64,000 nucleotides of DNA from Blastocladiella emersonii ATCC 22665 (lineage: Eukaryota > Fungi > Blastocladiomycota): the NCBI GenBank assembly GCA_025594325.1, contig JANHCV010000008.1, positions 1,612,001 through 1,676,000 of the forward strand, written 5' to 3'. The notes beneath the pieces are model-generated. The model worked only from the letters and a program-made list of their open reading frames with translations. It searched no databases and was not told the DNA's origin. Of this stretch, positions 32,230-44,584 are shown piece after piece; position 1 is the first letter of the stretch; the number at the start of each line of letters is the position of its first letter. Made by a program: the position numbers and the translations under genes.

Positions 32230-34024
32230 TGCGGGGCTTTGCCCAAGCTATAGTGACCGCGATTTTCTGCTCTCGTTTCGTCACGTTCCAGTCACACTTT
32301 TCTCAATGACATCACTCCCCGTGTCGCGCTGCGCCACTTCGCTTCAGCTCTCGCTTCCGCGCTGCTCCCCTCCCATATGCTCCCCTTAATCGATGAAGCT
32401 GAATTACTCTATGCAATGGACCTCATAATTCATGAACTCGACCGCAGGCTGGTCCCGTCTCCCCTCGGCGCTTCCTTCGGGTGGAGCCCGCGCAGCGAAG
32501 TGCTGTGCTGTGCTTCGTTCGACCGTTGGCTTGAGTGTTCCATTGGCATCGCTTTCGCACTTTCCTCTTCAAGGTGCACGAGTGCTGCTTAAGCGAGCTC
32601 GTGAGCGGAGAAGCATGCCGCGGGATGCTTTCACGTTGCCTGGGCTTGCAGTGCCTTGTCTCCTGAGGTGACCCAAGCTCGAAATTCTTGCTCATTGTGT
32701 CCTTATCCTTCCCCTTCTGTTGATGGACTCGCTCTTCCTGCGCCGCCGCCGTCGCCGCTATTACTACACTGCCGTTGTCCCCGCCAGGCCTAGCGTCACG
32801 TCGCGTCGCGTCGCGTCCTGGTTACTTGCCGCGTGACTTTGCGGTGAGCGACGCGGAGCGACGAAGCCGCGTGAACCCTCGCGGCGAGTAGCTACTCGAT
32901 ATCTCCTTCTCGGCGGTATGAGGTGCGAGCTATGTTCCGAGCAGAGCGCGCAGCTGATTTCGTTCCAGCGCAAGCATGCGCGGCTCCATCGGCTGTGCTG
33001 CTCACCGGTTTTGTTCATGATCGCTGCAACCTGGCCGGTGGCGGAACGCGCTATTGGCTCGCTAGAACACCTTGTCGGCGAGCTCTATTTGATGCGCGCT
33101 GCGAATCATCATGACGTTCGACATCGTTGATATGCTTCCCACGCAATTTGTGCACGTCGACCACCGCGCAGCTGAAGGCGAGCGAAAGTTGGCTGAGCAG
33201 GCCGTCGCGGCCGCTGATGCCAGCTTCTCACCAACAGGCGTGCGTCAGCACGAGCTTGACAGTCCTCCCGTTCTTGAGGTTCCACGTATTGCTGCATGGG
33301 CAAGTTTTGCCAGGTGGGACGAACGAGACGAAGCGCTCCGCCCATGCGTGCATCATGATGCACACGATGTTGATTCGCGCTGACGCGTCCCACGTCGCAA
33401 CGAACGTCATCCCATGGTCCGCCCTATCGCGCGTCGACCTTGCGCAACCGTTCCACAGTAGGCCCGCTTCATCTGAGCGCTCTTGGTCCGTTTCTGAGAA
33501 ACCAAGCTTGCTCGAGGTCTAAATCTAGATTGTGGCATGCGATGCACACGGTCACATTGTCGGCTGGTTCCTTCGATGAAAGCTCATCGCGTTGCAGGAG
33601 ACCACAGGGAAGTTGAGTCGCTGGAAGCGCGCGCTAAGTGAAGGAAGTAAAAAGCGATCCGGTTGGCAACCTTCAGTTTGCTCCGTCCCGTCCGTAGTCG
33701 ACTTAATCCAGCTCAACAGCAGGAAGGCGAGCAAAAGCGAGAGAAGTAGGCGTGTCGGGACAGCTCCAACGCGCGGAACTGACGCGTCGCGACCCTTTCT
33801 CTCGTGTCCCTCCATGTAACGCGGATCCGAAGAACGGCCTCAGTCAGCGCTGCTGCACCTGAAGAAACTTCCGTGTGTTTCACTTCATAAATCAAATGCA
33901 GTTACTTGAATCACGCGTCCACAACGCGTCCGTTGCGCTAAGTGATCGCGGGCGAGAGGGCAGTTGGGCAAAGCCCCGCACAGTTGACACCCGAACGGAG
34001 TGAGTGGTGGAGGTACTGGCAATT
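32230..34024 (+). mobile_element. Non-autonomous Helentron/HINE-like repeat, copy 1
   Basis: Inverted TGCGGGGCTTTGCCCAA at the 5' end and about 43 bp inside the 3' end. The tail has a small hairpin and ends in AATT. Homologous over its length to 58274-60169. Confidence 0.6.
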
Positions 34025-34247
34025 TCGAGCAGCGGTCGAGCGGCAGAGGCCCCGTCAACCGGTCACATGGGCCCCGCTGACGATGGCGCAACTGCTTTTC
34101 GCTCGCGCTGATCGACGCCACCGGCTCGCCCTCACTTTAGCGCCCGCCCGCCGCCCCGCGCACTAGCTCTTCCACCCGCCCTCACGCAACCCTCCGCCTC
34201 GGCGGTCCACTCCTCCACCACTACCCGATCCACACCCACCTTCCTCA

Positions 34248-35027
34248 CCATGGCGGGCTTCGTCGCGCGTCCGTGACGCTTCATCTCGTCGCGTTCCTTG
34301 CCTCGCCGCCCAGCTCCGCGGCCAACATCTGGCTCGGCCACCGCCTCAAGACCTTCGCCAAGAACTCGCGTAGCTCGGTTCTGGAGGCGTATGTGCCAGT
34401 CTGCTCGCCCTCGCATTCCGCGAGCACCGCGCTGACAGCGAACGCCACGTCGTTTAGGCCTCGCTTGTGACGCGGCCTCCGCCCCATCGTGCTCGACAAG
34501 ACCGCGCTCACGCTCGCGGGCCCCCGGCGTGATCCGCGACGTTGCCGCCCGCCTGTTTGGCTTCCCAAGCAGTCAACGCACGCGGTATGCTTGCGCACGG
34601 TGCCGCCGCGCGAGTTATCCCACTGACCTCTCGCCCCCGCGATTTCCAGGCAACATTTTCCCGTGGCTCAAGCTCAAGCACGTCTTGTACCTCGGCCGCG
34701 TCACCCCCGACGGCGCGCGCAACCTCAAGCGCAAGCGCTTCCACATGCAGTACCAGGCCAACTAGACCCAGGCCGCGGCGCGCGGCACTCAACACGATCA
34801 CGGCCAAGTGCGACAAGATGTACCCGGCGGTCCCGCTCGACAAGCACTCGTTCCAGTCGCAGATCAACACGCAGCGCCAGGTCAACTTCCTTGGCCAAGC
34901 GCAACGCGCCGCGGCGGCGCCGTCGATCAAGGAGCTCAGGCGTGCAACGACCTCGTGGTCGTGGTCGTGGTCGAGTCGCTCAAGCGACTGTTCTCCGCGG
35001 TCAAGAAGTACGAGGAGGAGGGGCTGA
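34248..35027 (+). pseudogene. Degenerate intron-containing gene fragment, family not recognised
   Basis: ANIWLGHRLKTFAKNSRSSVLE, GNIFPWLKLKHVLYLGRVTPDGARNLKRKRF and LNTITAKCDKMYPAVP lie in shifting frames. Confidence 0.35.
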
Positions 35028-35564
35028 TGGTGGGGGTTGGGGAGCGAGCGGCCTACGGGCTGAATTTGACGTCCTTTGTTTTCGAACTCTTTTTCTTTTT
35101 CGCTTCAATCTTTTCTGAGCTGCATTTGAATTTCCTGAACCCCCAAAATCGCATTTAACGGTAGCGCGTTTAGATGCGTTTTGCTGCTTTGGACGGAGCG
35201 TGTCCAATCGGACAGAACGTGTCCGATCGGACAGCTCTGTCCAATTGAGTTCAGCATCCTAATCGGACACGCGCTGTCCGAACCGTCCGAAGCGGCCAAT
35301 TTAACCAGCGGGAAATCTACGCTGAGCGGTCAGCCTATGCGTGCATCATGACGCACACGGTATTTGTTTACGCTAGAGAGTCTCGCGTCGCTGTCGACAA
35401 CATCCCGTGGGCACCGTAACGCGCGTTGACCTTTCACGATCGTTCCACCGTAGGCCCGCTTCATCGGATATATGTTGTTCCGCGCCAAAGGAGGTGAGCC
35501 CGCTCGAGCTTTCAAGCTGGATCATAGCGTGCGACGCGAACGCCATCATTGTTGAGTGCTTTCT

Positions 35565-35738
35565 TGTCACGGTTCAGTGATCCAACGGCTTGGGCTGGTG
35601 GCGCGGGCTGGTGGCGCAGTCCCTCATAAGCCGAGCGTTGCCCTCGCTCTCCCTCTCTCTTGTCATTCGTGATACAATCCTTCATTATCCGGCTAGTCAT
35701 TCCTCGTGGCACAAGACCCTCCCCCTCGGCACCTTACA
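35565..35738 (+). mobile_element. Solo LTR of the chromovirus family (174 bp)
   Basis: Near-identical reverse complement of 25777-25950, with TGTCA...TTACA termini. Flanks CTTTCT / CTTTGT give only an imperfect TSD. Confidence 0.9.
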
Positions 35739-36105
35739 CTTTGTATCACCGTAAAACCTCCTCCAAGCGGTGATTTCTTCCATGGGTCAGATGACAAGCT
35801 TGGCCAAGTGCCCACAACTCATCGTCGAGCTATTCCACTGCTTCGCTCCTGTTCCAGCCCAGTTGACGCGCATCCTTCCTGCCGGCTCACTCAATACGGT
35901 TCTGACCGCTGAGGACGCAGCTCAGTTCCTTGCTGTTGAATGGTCAACGCCGGCGCATTGGGAGCAGCGTTTGCGTCTTGCTCCCTCGCTCGAGATGAAC
36001 TAAGATGATAGCTGTGATTTGTGTACACATTTAAATGTTCTGAGTGATAGTATTGATCCACCTTCACATTCCTCATCGAGAGTTGCTCGTTGTTCAACCC
36101 CATAC

Positions 36106-37802
36106 TTAGTCTCCTAACAAGAGATTGCAATCCGGGAGCGCTTTTCGCAACTTCGCCATCACCTCGGGCGAGCGCGGCGCGTCACAGTCGGTCAAGTCCA
36201 GGAACTCGAGCCGCGTCAGGTCGAGCTCAAGCATCGCGGCGAGTCCCGCGTCTGAGATGCTGTTCGTCGCAAACGCGGCGCACCGGGCCGCGGCTGAGAG
36301 GTTGGATAGAAGCGCGATGGCGCCTGCATCGCGGATGCTGCAGTCTTCCAAGCGGAGGTCTACAAGGGAGGCCGGTAAACGGCGCGCCTAAGCAGTTGCG
36401 CCCGCGTTGTTAATCGGCATTTGTTGCAGGAGCAGGGAAAGGAGGTTGGGCGGGAGCCACGGAGCCAGGATTTTGGCGGCCCGGTCACTGAATTGGTTGT
36501 TGGACAGATCCAACGATTGCAACTTTGGCGGAATCACAGGTGCGAGGGCAGCCAGGCAATGGTCGTCGAGCGCGCAGTAGTAAAGCGTGAGTTGAGTCAA
36601 GGATTGTGGGATGCAGGACGCGAGATGTTGAGCAAGCGGCAAGCAAACTGGAGTGCTGATAAAGTGAAGCGTCTCGAGCGTTAGTGGGAGGAGCGAGCCA
36701 GCAAGATTACCAATTGGGCCCACGAAGGAACAATCCCAAAACTCGAGTAAGGAAAGCTGGGGTGGCATGCGCTCCGCAAGAGCTTCAGTGGCCTCCTGAG
36801 TCCACTGAACCCCGGCGAATTTGAGAACTTGAAGCGGAGGGGGCAGTCCGTGTACGAGGTCCAGGGTTCCTTCAGGGTTGAGAGATGGCGACCGAGCGTC
36901 AAATTCGAGGCTCCGCAAGTGGCGCGGGAGGAAGCGAAGGTACACCGACTCGGACGCGGACAAGAAGCGCGTGTACAGCTTTAGCTCTGCAACCGAGTTG
37001 GGAAGCCACGGCCCAGGGTTTGCCTTGAGAAAGCATGTCGCAAAGCCGGAAGCCAGGTTGACCGAAGTAACCGTGTTTGGCAGTCCCATACGAGCGAGGA
37101 TCGCATAGGGCACGCCGGATCCAGCAAAACTCGCCGACCGCACCTGCTGGTTGGGGCTGGCAAATGCCGCGCGAAGTCGGTCGGCGCCCCACTCGGTGAT
37201 GCGCATGTCGTTTAGTTTTAATTGCGCACACTCGCCAGCCGCGATTTTGGGAGCAATGTGCGCGGCATACATGTCGCCGGCGGTGTGTCCCTTGAGCTCA
37301 TGGTCCTGGACGTACGAGACAATGGGGTCAGTGCAAGTCGTGTGGTGAGGTTTGCGCAGCAAGTCGGTCATACCAATGCGAGCTTTGCCTGCTCCTTGGC
37401 CCGCCGTTTCGGACAAATATCAAACAAAACATTAAGTTGCTGCTCAGGAAACGGCTTGCATCCAGGAAGGAGGCCCGAGTTGCGCCACCATTCCACGGCT
37501 GCGATCGAGCCTGACGCAAAGGCTTTGGAGACTGCGTTGCGCATGTCATTGGTGCTCGCAGTGCGGCTAGATGCCCGCCACAAGTTGAGCACGGCGATCA
37601 AGCCTCGCTTGCTTGCAACTTTAATCGAGACAGCGGACATGACATGCTTCTCAACGGCGCGGTAGACAGCAGGGGCCGCCAAGCGTGGATAGACGCGGGT
37701 GTAGTGCGCGAGTGCCGTGACGTTGGTTGGATCGGTCCCAAGCACGGCAAAGACGAGGACGCTCTCGGCGAGCGTTACAATGTTTAAGCAAGGTGCATCC
37801 AT
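36106..37802 (-). pseudogene. Ankyrin-like plus RNI-type leucine-rich-repeat gene with a frameshift (about 37400) and an in-frame TAG (36388)
   Basis: AFASGSIAAVEWWRNSG ankyrin-like unit and repeats such as LQSLDLSNNQFSDRAAKILAPWLP. The reading frame continues past the TAG into ARRLPASLVDLRLEDCSI. Confidence 0.7.
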
Positions 37803-38379
37803 GGTGTCGAGTGCATGATATGATGATACATGGATGAGCGGTTGGAGAGCGAGGACCGGTCGCGACGGCGCAGCGCTGCTTTGAGCGGCTCGCCCGAATT
37901 CACCCCTTGCCGATACTCCCTGTGATAGGCAGCGACTCTATGCAACGTTCTCATGAGCCATAAATATATGCTGTGCACATCCGGTTATGTCCGATCGGTG
38001 AGGGTTGGGAAATGGTCATGGGCCTGGCGACTCGCCCTGCTGCTCCCGACCACAGCGTCCGAGTCGTTAGGTCCGGGACCCAGTCAAGACTCTCTCGTGG
38101 AACTACTTAGGGCCCGTTTGGTTCCGGGGTGAATCAGGTGGATCAATCGATTTTACACGGTCCGGTGTTCACCCAGCTGAAACGTGGCATTTTCACCCCG
38201 TCGCGTTCATCGCGGCGTTTGGTTCGACCCCCGGGTGAGCTGAATGGAACCCTCGTCGCTGAATCGCCCGTCTGCTCGCCCCCGAAACCTTCAGGCTGTG
38301 CTCCCCGGCCTATATAAACGCCGTTTTCCTCCAACGTAACTCGCTCTCTCTCCCCCGTCCTCCCTCAAAGCCGAAAAGA

Positions 38380-39509
38380 ATGGCTCCCCCGTCAAGCAAA
38401 AAGCGCGCTGGCCGTACGGCCATGTCCATCGAGGAGATCGTCAAGAACGTGCCCGAAATCCCGCCGCCGCCCGCCGATAGCGACGAGGATGCAGATGACA
38501 ACGCTGCTGGGAGCGACGGCAACGCTGCTGTCACGCCGACCAACCCGCTGCCGCCCGTGACCATCGCCAAGCCAAGCAAGCGCAAGGCCAGTGGCAGCAA
38601 GGCCAGCAGCGGCAAGGCCAGCGGCGGCAAGGCCACCTTCTGCTCCGCGTCGACCAACTTCCTCCTCGACCACTTCTGCAACCTCGCCGACGACGGCGTG
38701 CTCGGCGACAGCAACACGCTCAAGGCCCAGCACCGTGTGTCGATTGCCCAGGCCCTGTCGGACGAGTTCAACATGCAGTTTACGGCGGAGCAGTTCAAGA
38801 ACCGCGTGACATACGTACGCTTTGTCTTGCGGACACGCGTCAACCGTAGCGCTAACAACGTCAGCGTTCGGCTCCAGCTTCGCACTTGTTTTCGCGCCGT
38901 AAAACGGCTTCTGTCGTACTCGGGCAACGGCTGCACCTGGAATGAGGGTGAGTGCACGGTCGACGTGCCAGAGGAGTTCTGGAACGATCTCTCGGTACGT
39001 TTGTTCAATATCGTTACGCGTCAACTCGCGGCGAGCTAACAGCGCCTGGCCTGCTTCAATTGTAGGCAGAGCTCAAGGAGGAGCTGACTGCGGGCTGCAA
39101 GCCCTTCCCGTACTACAAGAAGGCCAACATGCCGTGGGGCAGCTCGACCGCCACCGGCGAGTACTCGCACCTCAAGCAGGACGGCAAGGAGTCTGGTGAC
39201 GTGGAAGGTGTCGATGGTCAAGACGACGCGGCCCCCGCCAGCAAGCGCAGCCGCACTTCGGACAGCAGCTCGCGTCGCCTCTCGGACTCGGAATTCCTCA
39301 TGGGCATCAAGGAGGTGTTCCAGAGCGTCTCGACCGCCGACTCCAAGCCCGTTCTGACCGCCGCACTTGAATGGGTCCAGGACGCGTACAACGACAATGA
39401 AGAGTACCAGATCGACGTCGCCACCCGCCTGACCGAGGATCAAGCGCTTCGCGTCATGGCCGTGTCCGGACCGAAGCGCAAGCGCGTCCTCGAGTTTTTC
39501 ATTCAGTAG
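38380..39509 (+). CDS. Harbinger Myb/SANT-like protein (copy 2)
   Basis: ORF translations identical to copy 1. Confidence 0.88.
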
Positions 39510-39821
39510 CTCTCTCGCACATGTCCCCCTCCCTCGCGTTGCTTCCTGGCCTTGTTCTCGCCCATTTGTGTCCAATACATCTGGCTTTGTATCCATCGTA
39601 TCTTCAATTGTTACCCTTCGCTCGAAAATGACGCGACTCGTTGAGAAACGCGTGGTTCTCAAAGTGTCTCGCACGTCACGTGATTGATCGACGCGTCTCC
39701 ACCGATGCGTTCTGACCTCAGCGACGCGTCAAATCATCTGGAATCGCTTATCTAACGTTATAGTACTTGACAAATCAGTATATTACAGCATGCATGCGGG
39801 TACAACAATTATTTCGCGCCT

Positions 39822-41139
39822 TCAAAGACGGGTCCCACGAGCGGCCATGACACGCCTGTACTCGGTCCAAAGAACATTTGCGACGCGGTTCCGAAGCGAG
39901 ATACCGCGCTGACGAGCTCCGTCCAGCGAGGCCTCGAGGACAGCGGCCTCGTCGTCCTCCTCGTTCTCGTCGTCCAGGGGCTCGCGCCCACGCACTGGCG
40001 CCTCACGCGCCGCGTCCCGCGCGCGCCGGAGCTCCGTCTCGGCGTCGCGAAAGAAGGCGTCGCCGCCTTGGTTCCACTTGTTGATCATGTTGTGCAGCGT
40101 GCAGAGCGCGTACACAAGCTTGACTTGAGTCTTGATTGGGTAGGCCGCGCCAATCGAGAGGACGCGGAACCGCTTCTTGAGCACGCCAAAGATACGCTCA
40201 ACAGAGTTGCGGAGCGACGCGTGGCGCAGATTGAAAAGCTCTTCGCGGTTCTTAACTCTACGTACGTTGGTGAAGCAGATGAGATGGCGCCAACGTGATG
40301 GTCATGGCAGTGAGAACGTACCCATCCTTGCCGCGCGCAAACTCGCGAAGATGATAGCGGGTACCGCTGAAGGGCACGATGATGGACGTGCGGTTTGCGT
40401 AGCCGCCGTCGGCGAGGTAGAAGCGGCCGGCGGGGATTTTGAACCCACGGGCGAAGGCGTCCGAGAGCACGCGCGAGTCGTGCGCCTTGCCCTCCCACCC
40501 TGCGAGAACGTAGGTGAAGTTCAAGTCAAAGTCGCAGGCAGCGAGGACATTTGAGGATATGGTCCCCTTGCGGTTTCGGAACGAGTCGTGAAGCTTGGCG
40601 GGCACAACGAACGGGATGTGCGTTCCGTCAAGCGCGCCGACCGCGTTCTGGAACGGAGCGTATTTCGGATCGTGGGCGATGCGCTCATGCACGGGCGTAG
40701 AATCGGACGGCTGGACAATGAACTCGGGCATCAGGCGGTACAGAGCGTCGAGCACTTGCTTCAGAACCCTGGACGCGGTCTCGCCAGAGATTTGGAACCG
40801 CTCCCTGAGGTTGCGGTTGGTGCTGCCCTCGCCGGCCATGACAAGAAAAACCATGAAGCGCGCCTCGACGGACAGCTCGCGGCCGTCGGCGAGAAGGCCA
40901 CGGTCGCGGAACAGGCGGCAGATGGCCTTGAAGGTCTCGCGGGGCATACGGGCGATTTCCGAAAAACGCGTTTCGCTGTTGCACGTCAGCAGCTCTTGAA
41001 CCCACGACTCGCCAGAAAGCGTGGACGTGCGGATAGGCTCCCACGAGCGGCGCTCGTTGCGCGCAGCGAGACGTCGCAGGAGAGCGAGGGCGGCCGTGAG
41101 CATGAGGCCGCGCAGCTTGCGGTTGTATCCCTTGCCCAT
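39822..41139 (-). CDS. Harbinger DDE transposase (copy 2)
   Basis: Same as copy 1 except VVPAK versus VVPTK. Confidence 0.95.
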
Positions 41140-41355
41140 GTTGTTTGAGGGCTCGAGAACACGATGCGTGAGGTTAGGTGTTGATTCGTTGCAATAAGTG
41201 CGGCTGCAAAGAGGTGGGAAAGATTTTATTGCGGGGGGGCGTTCATCCAGCGGGGCGTTTGGTTCGCATGGCCGCTGAGATGAACGGGGGTGAGGTGAAA
41301 CGTGGCAACTTTTTCAGCTGATCCACCTGATCTGAACCAAACGGGCCCTTATTTA

Positions 41356-43217
41356 CTAGGGGTGTGTGCATTTGCACACTCTGTCTCAGCAGTAGGCGAC
41401 TAGGCTGGCTTGAAAATATGCTGGACGTCAAGTTCCGTCCGCGTTGAAAGGCGAGTAGTGAATGACGTGTCAAAATCGCCATGTATTAATGAGCTAAGGA
41501 CTAGGTAGTGGTTGCCTCCGCCAGACTTTGCAGTCGAGCGTACTCGGCAAGTAAATGTTGATCCTGTGTTTGATTCAGGCCTTGGATACCTGGATCACGC
41601 AGGATCACGATGTCGTCACCGCGCCGTACACGCGATAGGATCATGTACAGGAAGCGCGACGGTAACGATCCACGCGTCATGTCAGCGAGATCAACGATGA
41701 CCTTTTTGAGGGTCATCCCTTGGGCCTTGTGCGCCGTCAGCGCGTACGCGAGCTCGAGCGGGAACTGGGCTCGATGGATCGTCTTGGATGTGCCGGCCAC
41801 CTTGTTCTTGAGGCGGAACGAGGCGATCTCGCGGCGCAGCGGGAAGCAGCCGTCGGGGATCCCTGGTAGCTTGGGCATGCGACCCAGATCCTTGTTGGGC
41901 CGGATGATGACTGCATCAATGTCGTTGTTCGCGTCGGTGGCAAAGCCTTCAACACGGCCAATGACGCCGTTGACGATGCCGCGACTACACGATGCGAAGC
42001 GAGGAAGCGCTGGTGAGTCCACGCGCCTAATGGCCGGCGAATATGACGCGGAGACGTACGGCGTGTTGATGTTCCGCGCCACGATGACACGCGTGCCAGC
42101 AAACAGCTTGAGGGTAGACGGGACGTGGTCCGTCTTGCTCGAGGGAAGCAGTTTTGCGAAGTTGAGCATGCGCTGATCGCTCTCGCTCTGACCGCTGCTC
42201 TCAATGACGGGCTGCCGCCAAAGGAGTGGTCCAGTTGCCGAGAGCTTGCGGACGAGATCGACGCACTCGAGGTCAAAGATTTCGTCGGGTTGGAGACCGA
42301 GGCGACGCGCGTGTTTCGCGGCGGCCATCGAGTTCCACGCGTCGCGCACCGAGTTCTGCGCCGTGATGAGGACCTGGTCGCTCCAGTCGTCGAGCTGGCC
42401 TGGGTGCTGGCCCAGTACGACGTCTGCCCGCCGCGAACCGAGGTACTCGATCACGCGCGCTGCGAGACGATGCAGTTGCGCAAGTCTTGGAGCACGTTGA
42501 GGAAGCTCGCGTCGCCCGACTGCCGCATCTGCTGCACGAGGAAGAAGACCGAGTCAAAGGCGAGCCACTGATCGCGACCAATGTTGGCGTCAGTTGGAGT
42601 TCTGCTGACCGCTGGCCGCTCCTTGCGCTTGGACGCGCGCTTCTTCTTCTGCTGCTGCTGCTGCTGCTAAGGCTCGCCGTCGACCTGCATCGAGTCGCCA
42701 TCATGAGCTGCATCCACCTCGGGCTCGGGTGCGCGTTCGACCGGCTGCTCAGATGGAACCGTGAGCGAGCGGGCCATGACGGGCTCGAACTGGAAAAAGT
42801 CGCCAAACGCGAGGACGTGCAGGCCGCCAAACGGACGATGGTCGCGGCTCGGGTATAGCGCGTCGAAGCGCAAGTGCATTGCGGCGAACAGCTCGGCGCC
42901 GAACATGGAGATCTCATGCGCGTCTCGTGCTAGTGAGACACAAGAGACGCGATGTGTCTCGCGCACGCCACGAGTGCGAGACAGGAGACGCGAGACAAAC
43001 GCGAGACACAATACGCGCAAGCGGTGAATTAAATCAAAGCGTCAGGGAAGCGTGTGGATGCCCACGTAGGACATGAAGGACTGAGGAAATGTAGAGGATA
43101 TGCACAGTGGCCGCGGGAGGAGCGGGAAGAGTGAGAGGTCAGGTTCACGGAGAGTATTCCGACGTCGAACTGTGCCCCAGACGATTTTAGTTGAGTTGCA
43201 TAGAGTTAGAGGGTAGA
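41356..43217 (-). mobile_element. Internally deleted Helitron
   Basis: The 3' end has hairpin GTGTGCA-AA-TGCACAC, then CTAG|T. A candidate 5' end A|TCTACC lies at 43217 (less certain). Contains a PIF1 helicase remnant; no Rep domain seen. Confidence 0.65.
41501..42930 (-). pseudogene. PIF1-family (Helitron RepHel) helicase, disrupted
   Basis: HEISM, PFGGLHVLAFGDFFQFEPV, QQMRQSGD, QFPLELAYALTAHKAQGMTL and LYMILSRVR. Has a TAG at 42667 and a frameshift near 42450. Confidence 0.88.
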
Positions 43218-43399
43218 TTTATTAAGAGGATTTGGAGAAAATTGAGGAGAAGATAATTCGAGCTCGACCGAGACGCGTCGCGACGCGTGTTGATGGGAGT
43301 GGCAGAAAAGTCAGGCGTGCCAAATGGCCCAGCTTGAGCGCGAATTCAGCTCCACAGAAACTCAGCCTACTGCTGAGAACCTTATCCTTTGGCCGGCGT

Positions 43400-44081
43400 G
43401 AAAGTGTGCGAGTCCATTCGGTTCGACGGGACCAGCAAGCGCTTGTGCGGAGCGGCCCTTAAGTATCTCGGCCAACAAAGTCGCACGACGTCGTGCCGCG
43501 TTGTCGGGAATGCGAACCTGGGCGTTGGGCGTGGTCCAGTCGGTCGCGAGACACGCGCGCATGTGGTCGGCCCAGAAAACGCGTATCAGCGGGTCGAGCT
43601 AGTTGGAGTAGGTAAGCTGGCCGACATGGCGAGTGAGCGCCGAGACGGCTTCGCGGTCGGCAATCTTGGTCTGCGCCACGGCACGCGGGACGAGCAGGTT
43701 GCGTGCGAAAACCTCAAAGTGGGTGTCGCTCAGCACGAAATTGAGGTTGGAGGTGCCATATTTGCGCTTGGCCTCGCCGACCGTGTGCGCCACGTCGCGC
43801 AGGTCGCCGCACTGGAAGACAAGCGCACCGAGGTGCGTGCGCTCACGCGGGTTGTGGTACAGGAACAGGTCGCGCGGGAACGACTTGCCATAGGGAAGGT
43901 AGGGGTCCGAGTCGTCGTTGAGTGCAAGCGTCGCGCTCGTCTGCGTCGGCGGCACAAGTGGAACCAAGGGCGCAGCAGAAGGCATCGGCTATGGGTCGTC
44001 GCGGCCGGCAGCAGCGGCAGTGGCGAGACCACGGGCCACTTTGCCCTTAGTCTCGGAGGATTTTCCTTTTTTTTGCTTCAT
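43400..44081 (-). pseudogene. Truncated DUF4470-like paralogue of the 51673 gene
   Basis: DPYLPYGKSFPRDLFLYH...VFQCGDLRDVA...ARNLL. Has a frameshift near the start and TAGs at 43989 and 43599. Confidence 0.8.
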
Positions 44082-44363
44082 GGTAGTGCAGGTGGTTAGG
44101 GGAGCGAGTCTGAGACCAATCGCCGCGGGTATGAGTGGCGCCCTAGCTTCGAATCGATCACGTGTTGTGGCGCGATTGATCGACGCGTCTCGCGGGTGCG
44201 TCTTTTGTTAGCGACTCGCAGAGCGTATGCAGTTTACTTCAACATCTAGCCGTTACTTCCCTCGTCCTCCATCGACAGGGGCTCACGCCCGCCGTCACGT
44301 TGGAGCAGCGATTCACGCTGTAGACCTTGGTCTGTCGAACTTTGCGCAAAGCTTTGGAGACCC

Positions 44364-44584
44364 TTTTACGCGTCGTTCAAGCGGTGGTAATCGGGGTGAT
44401 CATCCCCCTGATTGCGTGGTTCGCCCGCATCCCGCCTCGCCACCCGCCGCGTTAACGCGGCGGCGCTCCCGGTTTCCTCATCCCCTCACCCTCACCCAGC
44501 CCTGGCTCGGGGCCGAGGCCAGAGTACACAACCCTAAATAGCTGTATCGTGGTCTCCTCGTGTTCCCTTCTTCTACACTCAACA
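44364..44584 (+). mobile_element. Solo LTR (family A, diverged, 221 bp)
   Basis: Aligns to 12588-12803 (GTCGTTCA, GGTGATCA, TCGGGGCCGA, TCAACA). TSD GACCC on both sides. Confidence 0.75.

Larger units (their letters stand above)
38110..41348 (-). mobile_element. PIF/Harbinger DNA transposon, copy 2 (3239 bp), inverted relative to copy 1
   Basis: Same TIRs and TTA TSDs. Only a few substitutions were seen versus copy 1. Confidence 0.96.

Noticed and set aside
20950-41348. RIP-like mutation explaining the TAG excess
   Set aside because: The duplicated 3.2-kb Harbinger copies show almost no C-to-T changes.
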